Below are positions 56,442-64,000 of a stretch of DNA of 64,000 nt, in pieces. How positions within the stretch are numbered: position 1 is the first letter of the stretch; each line of letters starts with the position of its first letter. The notes under the pieces were generated by a model. The model searched no databases and was not told where the DNA came from. It saw only the letters and a program-made list of their open reading frames with translations. The position numbers and the translations under genes were made by a program. Source of the DNA: an uncultured delta proteobacterium. Its GTDB lineage: Bacteria; Bdellovibrionota; FAC87; UBA2466. Location of the stretch: contig CAVZSV010000004.1 in assembly GCA_963778115.1 (NCBI GenBank), positions 1,248,001-1,312,000 of the forward strand, given 5' to 3'.

Positions 56442-58511
56442 CTAGAACACTTTGTTTTGAAGGCGCAGCGAATTTAGGATGACCGAGACCGAACTTAAGC
56501 TCATGGCAAGACTGGCGAGCATGGGGTTAAGAACAATCCCCAGCGAGGGGAATAATATCCCAGCGGCAATGGGAACTCCCAAAACGTTGTAGAGAAAGGC
56601 AAAGAATAGATTCTGTCGAATGTTTTGTAGGGTCGCCTCACTTAGACGCCTGGCTCGTAGGATTCCCTCTAGCCCGCCCTCCATCAAAGTCAGACCTGCC
56701 GCTTGAATTGCAATATCGGTTCCTTTCCCCATGGCGATTCCGACATCCGCCAGTGCAAGCGCGGGAGCATCGTTAACTCCGTCTCCCACCATAGCGACGA
56801 TGGCACCTTTGTCGCGGAGTTCACAAACGAGTTGCATTTTTTTCTCGGGACTTACTTCGGCGCGGACCTGGTCTATTCCAACTTCTTTTGCGACAGCCTG
56901 GGCCGTGGACTTTCGATCACCCGTCACCATCCAAATACTAAGCCCTTCCGCCTTAAGTTTCTCAACCGCTTCTCGAGCGCTAGCTCGAACGGGATCGCTA
57001 ACGGTTAAAACGGCAGCCAATTTTCCATCTATCCCCATGAGCAGCGCAGTCTCATCTTTCTCGGACTGAGGAAGCTCTGCATTCATCTCTACGTTTTCTT
57101 TCACAAGAAAATTAGGGGTTCCGATAACCATCTTTTTCCCTTCGATCTCTCCAGCAACTCCTGCTCCAACGACCGCTCTAAATTGATTCACTTCGCCCTT
57201 TAACGGAATGCCACGACGGTTGGTTTCACCTAAGATGGCTAGAGCTAAGGGATGCTCGCTGTTTCTTTCTAAAAGGGCAGCCCCCTTGAGGACCTCCTCC
57301 TCTGAGTGGGAAGACACAAGCGTAATTCCTGTAAGATGGGGCCTGCCCTCAGTAATGGTTCCCGTTTTATCGAGCAATAGCGTATCGGCGCGTGAGAGAA
57401 CTTCCAAAGCCTGCGCTTTGCGGACCAGCACTCCCATCCTCGCTCCCCGTCCGGTCGCCACCATGATCGAAATGGGAGTGGCTAGCCCCAGAGCACAGGG
57501 ACACGCAATGATGAGTACCGCCACCGCGTTAGCAATCGCATGCCCTACTCTAGGTTCAGGCCCCCAAACCATCCACACGGCTGCCGTGACGACCGAAATA
57601 ACTACCACCGAAGGGACAAAGTATTGAGAAACCTTATCGGCTAGTTTCCCAATAGGCGCTTGTGTTCGTTGGGCTTCGGCTACGAGCCTCACCATTTGAG
57701 CTAGAACGGTAGCCTCTCCCACTGCGGTTGCCTGAAAAACAAAACTTCCCGACTGGTTGGTAGTGCCGGCATTCACCCTATCGTTTTCTTTCTTTGAAAG
57801 GGGAATGGATTCTCCGCTTAGCATCGATTCATCGACAAAGCTTTCTCCCGAGAGAACCACTCCATCGACTGGGATATTTTCCGCGGGCCGCACGCGGATC
57901 TTATCTCCCAATCGGAGGCGTTGGCGTTCCACATCCTTTTCACTACCATCGGCTTGAACCAGCCGCGCCGTTTTGGGTGCTAACTTCAAAAGCGAACGGA
58001 TAGCATCGCCCACGCGAGCCCGTGCTTTAAGTTCAAGCACTTGGCCGACCAAGACCAGAGTAGTGATGACAGCCGCCGCCTCAAAATAGAGCCCCCCGCC
58101 TGGAAATGCGTCGGGAAAAATCAGAGCAACAACGCTATAAAGGTAGGCGACCCCCGTCCCCATTCCGATCAGGGTGAACATATTGAGGTTCCACGAACGG
58201 ATCGAACTCCAAGCGCGTTGAAAAAAGGGAAAGCCTCCCCAAAGAACGACAGGACTGGCTAACGCTAGCGACAGCCAAGGCGTCACCTCGATCTCTCCCA
58301 TAGCGATTACAAGCAAAACCGAAGCGAGCGGAGCGCACCACCATAACCGCCGCTTCATCTCAATGAGTTCAGGGTCCTCGTAATTTTCCCTAACGGTTTC
58401 CGGCTCCAAAGCCATTCCACAAACGGGACAACTTCCTGGCCCCGCGTGGTGGACTTGGGGATGCATGGGACAGGTATAAAAAGCGAAAGCGGAGGAATCG
58501 GTGGGCTTCAT
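56442..58511 (-). CDS. copA: Copper-translocating P1B-type ATPase
   Basis: 'YTCPMHP..CPVCGM' metal-binding domain, CPC, DKTGT, SEHP, GDGVND, 'YN..P', 'MSLSS'. Confidence 0.95.
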   Translation of the reverse strand: MKPTDSSAFAFYTCPMHPQVHHAGPGSCPVCGMALEPETVRENYEDPELIEMKRRLWWCAPLASVLLVIAMGEIEVTPWLSLALASPVVLWGGFPFFQRAWSSIRSWNLNMFTLIGMGTGVAYLYSVVALIFPDAFPGGGLYFEAAAVITTLVLVGQVLELKARARVGDAIRSLLKLAPKTARLVQADGSEKDVERQRLRLGDKIRVRPAENIPVDGVVLSGESFVDESMLSGESIPLSKKENDRVNAGTTNQSGSFVFQATAVGEATVLAQMVRLVAEAQRTQAPIGKLADKVSQYFVPSVVVISVVTAAVWMVWGPEPRVGHAIANAVAVLIIACPCALGLATPISIMVATGRGARMGVLVRKAQALEVLSRADTLLLDKTGTITEGRPHLTGITLVSSHSEEEVLKGAALLERNSEHPLALAILGETNRRGIPLKGEVNQFRAVVGAGVAGEIEGKKMVIGTPNFLVKENVEMNAELPQSEKDETALLMGIDGKLAAVLTVSDPVRASAREAVEKLKAEGLSIWMVTGDRKSTAQAVAKEVGIDQVRAEVSPEKKMQLVCELRDKGAIVAMVGDGVNDAPALALADVGIAMGKGTDIAIQAAGLTLMEGGLEGILRARRLSEATLQNIRQNLFFAFLYNVLGVPIAAGILFPSLGIVLNPMLASLAMSLSSVSVILNSLRLQNKVF

Positions 58512-58542
58512 AGCTTGGAACCTATCACATTAGGCTTCCAAT

Positions 58543-58576
58543 AAAAAAACGGCTGGAGAAACTCCCCAGCCGTTTT
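58543..58576 (-). terminator. Rho-independent terminator
   Basis: AAAACGGCTGG...CCAGCCGTTTT stem followed by a U7 tract on the minus strand, just after the 58600 gene. Confidence 0.85.
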
Positions 58577-58599
58577 CGAATACTTCTAATCGCAATCCG

Positions 58600-59106
58600 T
58601 TAATTTTGCGGAGGCTTAAAGCCGGTATGGCCTTCTTTTTCGATATTAGCGAGATCGGCAAGTGTCGCCTTCAAAGCAGTAAAGTCCCGACTGGCGGCTG
58701 GCGTATTATAGAGAGTTTGGAGTTGTGTTTCCGCCGTGGATAGATCTTTCTGGGCCGCTGTCAAATAGCCCGTATATTGTTCGAGCAAAGGCTTTAATTC
58801 TGCTGCCGCCAATGTGGAAAAACCACCAGGGGTCATTTCATCCGGGGTAAATGAACCATCCGCGTTGAGCACTCCCACTTTAGTCAGCGCCATCTGAAAC
58901 AAGTAATTCGCCGTGCGTGTGCGGATAAGCGCGTTCATGACATCGTCATCCTTCACCGGAGCCGCTTCCGTAGTAGGAAGGGTCACCACACCAACATCCT
59001 TAGCTATCGCTCTCATCACTCCGCCCAACTTTTCATTTTCAGCAGGCGTAAATGCTTGGGCCACCACACCTATTAACATCACCAATAAACCCAACCGGTA
59101 GGTCAT
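58600..59106 (-). CDS. Secreted four-helix-bundle protein, cytochrome b562-like
   Basis: Signal peptide; 'LGGVMRAI' near the N-terminus and 'EKEGHTGFKP' at the C-terminus fit Met/His heme ligation; GAGGAG RBS. Confidence 0.55.
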   Translation of the reverse strand: MTYRLGLLVMLIGVVAQAFTPAENEKLGGVMRAIAKDVGVVTLPTTEAAPVKDDDVMNALIRTRTANYLFQMALTKVGVLNADGSFTPDEMTPGGFSTLAAAELKPLLEQYTGYLTAAQKDLSTAETQLQTLYNTPAASRDFTALKATLADLANIEKEGHTGFKPPQN

Positions 59107-59387
59107 GTAATTCTCCTCGTAAAATAAATTTCTGAGAAAGTTCTAGGAAAAGTTCTAGTTATGCCGCGCCGCACCATACGGACAGCCCCCTCCCCTAAAG
59201 CACATTAACCAATCTAGAACCAAAGTAACCGCTCTGTCGATCCCTCTCGTAACATTTGTTACCGGAGCAAAGAGCGTGTCTCCACTGGTTTAGCGAAAAG
59301 TCAGTTAGACTCTGGTTAAGTTAAGAATGGATCATTGAAAAAAAAAGATGAGACGGTTAGGTTGAATTCGAGGGCTGGGGGAACGTA

Positions 59388-60110
59388 ATGGGAATGTCCA
59401 AAAAAGACGCACCGACGTTTTGGGCGAAATATTTTTTTTGCTTCTCTGGTTCATTGATAGTTGCTTGCCTGACTATCGTCCTTTCCAGTTGCAACTACAC
59501 TCATAGCTTGGTCTCCTCGTCCGTCGAGGACGGCGATTACTACGCCTATATTCGACAAAATATTTTAGACGCCAAGTGCATGACTTGCCACTACGCCGGA
59601 GCTAGACAGGTAGACCTTTCCACTTACGCCGCTTTGATGAATCCCAAGGTCATCGTCAATTTCCAGCCCAACCAGAGTCCGCTGTTCAACGATATCTCGT
59701 CGGGCGCTATGCCCAAAGGGGGAACCCCTCTCTCGGCTGGCGATATCGCCATCGTTAAACAATGGATTGTAAACGGGTGCCCCAATAGTGTCGTTCCGCC
59801 TCCACCGCCCCCGCCTCCCCAACCCACTTGGACCTGGTTAAGTGCGAATGTTTTCGGTCCCAAGTGTGTAGGCTGCCATTCGGGGGCTTCTCCCAAGGGA
59901 GATACCGATTTTTCGAGCTACACCAATTTGATCAACTCCCAAGGATCTTTCACAACACCCATCGTCGCCGGGAATGCCGCTCAAAGTGGTGTCTATACGG
60001 AACCCAGCGCTCAACCGCAACTGATGCCGCCATTACCGGCGCCTGGACTGAGCACTGGCGAATTGACGGCGATTTTCAACTGGATCCAAGCAGGCGCTTT
60101 AAACAATTAG
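59388..60110 (+). CDS. Diheme cytochrome c lipoprotein (two planctomycete-type cytochrome c domains, poly-Pro linker)
   Basis: Lipobox LSSC; CMTCH...MPKGG...VKQWI; PPPPPPPP; CVGCH...MPP...IFNWIQAGA. Confidence 0.88.
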   Translation: MGMSKKDAPTFWAKYFFCFSGSLIVACLTIVLSSCNYTHSLVSSSVEDGDYYAYIRQNILDAKCMTCHYAGARQVDLSTYAALMNPKVIVNFQPNQSPLFNDISSGAMPKGGTPLSAGDIAIVKQWIVNGCPNSVVPPPPPPPPQPTWTWLSANVFGPKCVGCHSGASPKGDTDFSSYTNLINSQGSFTTPIVAGNAAQSGVYTEPSAQPQLMPPLPAPGLSTGELTAIFNWIQAGALNN

Positions 60111-60149
60111 TATCGCGAACGAAACGTCTTTCACAATAGGGGGAAACAT

Positions 60150-60797
60150 ATGCAAACCACACTCACTAAGATGACACTTGTCACTGCCATTTTCACCGCC
60201 ATCGTTTCACCGTTTGGTTTTGGTGCCACGACTACGGCTCCCGACACGAGCAGTGTCATCCATCTCGAAAAGGCGAAATCGGAATTAGAGTTTCTTGCCG
60301 TGGGCAATCCCAGTGCCATTAAGATTCGGGGAAAGATCGAAGATTAACCCGACGCTCTGAAGGGAACTTTCACCCTTAACGGAAAGTCCATTACGGGAAA
60401 TGCGAACATTGCTCTAGAAAAATTTACCACCGGAATCGAGCTGAGAGACAAGCATATGAAGGAGACCTATTTAGAGACTCAGAAATTTCCCCAATCCGAA
60501 CTCACGCTAACGACACTAACGCTTCCCGATTCGGCGACGGGTGACTCTTTTGAAGCTTCCCAAGTTCCCTTTCAAGCTAACCTGCTCCTTCACGGCGTCA
60601 CCAAACCCATTAGTGGGACCGTTGATGTAAAGAAAAAGGGGAAAAACGCGGAGCTTGCCTTTGACTTCAAGTTTCCGCTAAACAGTTTCGGTATAGAAAC
60701 CCCAAGCTTTATGGGAATTAAGGTTACCGACGATGTGCAAGTGACCGTTTCCCTCAATGCGGAATTGGTAGCCAATGAAACAACGCCCAAGCTCTGA
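60150..60797 (+). pseudogene. yceI: YceI family protein interrupted by an in-frame TAA at 60345-60347 (lesion or sequencing error)
   Basis: The two track ORFs are in frame. Read-through gives 'SELEFLA...TTGIELRDKHMKETYLETQKFP...LLHGVTKP...FGIETP'. Confidence 0.88.
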
Positions 60798-61912
60798 GCC
60801 TTATTTTAGACGGTTAGGTTCCTTATTCTTTCTTTTGCTTTTTACGATTGCTAGCTCAAGGGCACTCGCATTCCCTGAGATGGTGCGCCACGGCTACGCC
60901 AACTGTACGGCTTGCCACGTGAGCCCCAATGGGGGTGGAATCCTTACCCCTTACGGACGCAGTCTTTCCCAAGAGCTCTTAAGTACGTGGGGGGCCAAGA
61001 ATGAATCCCGATTTTGCTTACGGACTCGTCAAGCCACCCGATTGGCTCAATTTGGGCGGCGATGTCCGTGTCCTGCAGCAATACATAAGAACCAATACCG
61101 TTGAGACCGCTAGTTTCATTTTCATGCAGGCAGATGTAGAAGCCGCAGCGACCGTAGGTAAGTTTCAAGCCGATGTGTCTGTGGGTCCCCAACCCTCGAC
61201 CACGCTCTATCATGCGGGCGGATTCATTTATAGCGATAGGCATTTTATTGCCTATCATCCCACGGATCAAATCACGATTCGTGGCGGAAAATTCATGACC
61301 GCTTACGGAATTAATACCGCCGAACACGAACTGCTCATTAAAAAGAATCTGCAGTTTGACGAAGGGATGGAAACTTATAACGTCGAAGCTTCGTACTTAG
61401 GTGACAACTTCGACGCCTACGCGACCATTATTCTGGGCAGGCCCGACGCTCCTTATCTAAATTTCGAGAAAGGGTTTGCCCTGCGATCAAGCTATCTGCT
61501 CAAACAGACCAATAAGTTGGGAGTTAGCTATTACTATGGATCGGACAACACCGCGAACCGGCATCTATTCGGCCCCTATGCTATCTTGGGACTGACCGCG
61601 AAATTTTTCATTTTGGCTGAATTAGACTTTCAATACAATTTACCATTCGGCAGTCCAACCACTTGGGGATTTGCGAATTACTTACGCGCCGATTACGAAT
61701 TCATCAAAGGAGTCCACGGCTACTTGAGTCAGGAATATAGTAACTTGGACTGGACCCAGCAGCTCAATACCACTCAGACGTATGGTATCGGGGCGCAATG
61801 GTTTCCTCGCCCTCACTTTGAATTTCAAGGAGTGGTTCAAAAGACGAAAATGCCGACAGTTTCCACCGATTTTTTTACGGTGGCCTGGCTATTGATGCAC
61901 TATTATCTTTAG
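60775..61912 (+). pseudogene. Cyc2-like fused monoheme cytochrome-porin, split by a +1 frameshift in CCC at 61007-61009
   Basis: Signal peptide then 'AFPEMVRHGYANCTACHVSPNGGGILTPYGR'. Deleting one C gives 'NESDFAYG' running into a beta-barrel with an aromatic C-terminus ('LMHYYL'). Confidence 0.75.
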
Positions 61913-61920
61913 AAGAATGC

Positions 61921-62580
61921 TCACAGAGGTCCGCGATTGAGAAGTACGATAACGGCCACTTTTTGATCGGAAATTCTCTCGACGTTGAGGACCATCATCC
62001 TAGCTTGCTGATAATCTACTCCGTCTCCTTCGACAGCTATCTCCTCACCGAGTGCTAAAGATTTCTTGGGCTCTTGGGATGTCTTCTCTAGTGCCAGGGA
62101 GTCTAACCCCAAATCAAAGGGGATACCTTTCTGGCGGTCCATCACCTGTCGAATGGTGGCGAGCTCCTGAGCGGCTGCGACATACCAATGTCGGATATCT
62201 CCCAAAGCATGGGAGTCCAAAGGAAAGAGGTAACGAATCCCCACTTGCAGACTCTCACACCCAAAATTAACGATCTCAAACTCATCCCCGTTTCTTAGCT
62301 GGGCCATTTCAACGGCACTAACGCTAGAAATGGGATGGAAGATCACGTTCGCGACATCAGGATGTCGTCCGTCAATCCAGCGATCCGGTTTGCCCCGCAA
62401 GCAATTGGGTAAACTCTTCGCCCCAAACTTCTTTTGAAAGGCTCTTAATTGGCTTTCGTGATCGCTTGTAGGAGGAATTCCTGAAAAAGGATTCGCCTCG
62501 CCACTCATAGGGGTTTTCGCTCTCGTGGCCCAAACCGATAACGCCATCCCAAGGCCAGCTAGGACGAAAAGAGTTTTCAT
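61921..62580 (-). CDS. Hypothetical secreted protein
   Basis: Signal peptide; 4 bp downstream of the TetR gene. Confidence 0.65.
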   Translation of the reverse strand: MKTLFVLAGLGMALSVWATRAKTPMSGEANPFSGIPPTSDHESQLRAFQKKFGAKSLPNCLRGKPDRWIDGRHPDVANVIFHPISSVSAVEMAQLRNGDEFEIVNFGCESLQVGIRYLFPLDSHALGDIRHWYVAAAQELATIRQVMDRQKGIPFDLGLDSLALEKTSQEPKKSLALGEEIAVEGDGVDYQQARMMVLNVERISDQKVAVIVLLNRGPL

Positions 62581-62584
62581 CCCT

Positions 62585-63247
62585 TTATTCTAACTTAGTA
62601 AGCCCCTGGGCGACAATTTTGGCGAACATTTTTCCCGTGGCCGCCATCTGTTCTTTATCAAAACCAAAAACCTCCCCTGCCAGGAAGGCTAAGGAGAAGT
62701 TGATCCCTAAGATACAATGGCTAAGCTGGGTTAAATCTAGGTCTTCGTCTATCAGCCCCTGGTTTTGGAAATGGCGTAAATGATCGGCCACAGCGGGAAG
62801 ATCCTCCTCCACGATCGACTTTCCGACCTGCTTGGCAAGTTCTGGCTCGACGATGGCCCTAGACAAGACGATACGGATGAGTTCCGAATGATTTCGATGA
62901 TGCCGAAAAAGGAAAGCACATAGCTGCTCGAGGTCAGACGCTAAATCGCCGGCGATCGGGATGGAGGCAACGCGCTCTTTTCCATTTTGAGAGTTCCATC
63001 GGCGCATCACTTCGATGAAGAGACCAGACTTTCCTTCGAAATACCTTTGGATTAACGCTTCGGATACTTTGGCGCGTTTTGCAATTTCGCGGGTGGTGGT
63101 AGCTTCGTAGCCCAGTTCGGAGAATACAGCGACAGCGGCGTCCAGAAGAGCCTTCTTACTTCCTTCTTTATCTCGCTTTCGGCGCGCGGAATCGCTAACA
63201 ACAACTTTCGACTCATCCGCAGGCCCGTAGTCGTCTTTTGAGAACAT
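62585..63247 (-). CDS. TetR/AcrR family transcriptional regulator
   Basis: 'LLDAAVAVFSELGYEATTTREIAKRAKVSEALIQRYFEGKSGLF'. Confidence 0.95.
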   Translation of the reverse strand: MFSKDDYGPADESKVVVSDSARRKRDKEGSKKALLDAAVAVFSELGYEATTTREIAKRAKVSEALIQRYFEGKSGLFIEVMRRWNSQNGKERVASIPIAGDLASDLEQLCAFLFRHHRNHSELIRIVLSRAIVEPELAKQVGKSIVEEDLPAVADHLRHFQNQGLIDEDLDLTQLSHCILGINFSLAFLAGEVFGFDKEQMAATGKMFAKIVAQGLTKLE

Positions 63248-63280
63248 GGAGAGGCTCCCTTCAAAAGTATATTTAGTTAT

Positions 63281-63304
63281 GTATTGTTAACTATCTAACA
63301 ATAC
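63281..63304. promoter_or_regulatory. Palindrome GTATTGTTA-N6-TAACAATAC, probable TetR autoregulatory operator
   Basis: Perfect 9-bp arms, 33 nt upstream of the TetR start codon. Confidence 0.65.
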
Positions 63305-63691
63305 CGCCTCGACCTCGGCATGGTCAACCCTAGTTGATACAGGCCCATGCTTTTTAGCAGGGCACATTTACTTCAGCTCAATGTTGCTAATGAGTCTAAG
63401 TTTCTTTGAACTCCATGGGTCTCGTCGATAAAAAGGGAATGACAGATTCCTCGTGGAATAGTTTCCAAGGCGAGTAACAATGCGTTACTCGCTTGCCCTG
63501 CCGCGATAGTTTTCCGGGCCCGCTTGCGGGAAAGCGCGACTTTTCTTCACCTCTCTGCTTAACCCGTCGAGTCGAGAAAAATCTCACAGCAGGAGTCCAG
63601 AAAAGGCGCTTGGCGGGAGTTTATAGAAAGCGTTTGAATTTCAGTAGGATTGCCATTACGTTTTGCACTGTAAAAAGGAATTTTTTGGTTC

Positions 63692-64000
63692 TTGGAACGC
63701 GGGGTAAAGGCTTTGTTCGAAGGAAAACGGAATCGTCAATCAGGTGCGGCAGGGGTCGAAGCTGGCTTGGCCAACGGTAGACTCCCGGGCCATTTGGGTT
63801 TGTGGGCTATTTGGAAACCCAACCACACGCTCACCGAAGTCTATCGAGCCATTGTCACCGCCAAAAGTGCCGGTTCGAACTCCGGGATTCAATTTACCTA
63901 CACCTTTGCACCCGCTTTCGATGCCCCTTTCTGCCGATCCCTCGAAATGCCTCTGGCGTTTAAAAATTTCCTAGTCGGTACCAATCGCGCTGAGATGGGA
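63692..64000 (+). CDS. Possible hypothetical ORF running off the window
   Basis: Frame is open from TTG 63692 to the end (MERGVKALFEG...FKNFLVGTNRAEMG), with AAAGGA upstream; no family recognised. Confidence 0.35.
   Translation, partial: MERGVKALFEGKRNRQSGAAGVEAGLANGRLPGHLGLWAIWKPNHTLTEVYRAIVTAKSAGSNSGIQFTYTFAPAFDAPFCRSLEMPLAFKNFLVGTNRAEMG

Noticed and set aside
60345..60347. Programmed stop read-through or recoding in yceI, and programmed frameshifts in aroE and the cytochrome-porin
   Set aside because: TAA is not a Sec/Pyl codon, other genes use TAA as a normal stop, and no slippery heptamer or stimulatory structure is evident at the frameshift sites.
63871..63886. tRNA T-arm-like GGTTCGAACTCC
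   Set aside because: The loop has an extra base and I could not build an acceptor, D or anticodon stem; it lies inside an open frame.
96..63974. The many 60-230 aa ORFs overlapping or antisense to assigned genes (e.g. 1849-2325, 35074-35619, 50750-51439, 53616-54137)
   Set aside because: They are shadow frames of well-supported genes and have no recognisable motifs.

Overview
Gene-dense bacterial chromosomal segment of roughly 50% GC (by eye). It is probably Bdellovibrionota/Oligoflexia-like, inferred from a TIGR02147/DUF4423 HTH gene, a GNGG-motif secreted protein, a DUF1501 operon and many orphan secreted proteins. In order it contains: a Lol-like exporter divergent from a ceramide-glucosyltransferase-like gene; two GT-C-type glycosyltransferases; an OMP-TIGR02147 operon; a full-length TGS1 (RNA cap trimethylguanosine synthase)-like methyltransferase; a 16-kb aromatic amino acid supercluster (unannotated Trp leader peptide, trpEGDCFBA-aroF, divergent aroG and tyrA-aroAECKBQ); assorted enzymes and orphans; a MutH-like nuclease, Gcr-like membrane protein, RecQ and DTW run; a candidate sigma54-driven sRNA; MacAB-TolC; a sensor kinase; a heme-c/DUF1501 operon; CapA-like and CopA genes; and a cytochrome b562-like / diheme cytochrome c / YceI / Cyc2-like cytochrome-porin module. 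Three single-base lesions (aroE, yceI, cytochrome-porin) may be assembly errors. Two families of short REP-like palindromes are present. I saw no rRNA, tRNA, CRISPR array or transposase. All family assignments come from recognising motifs by eye, not from database searches.
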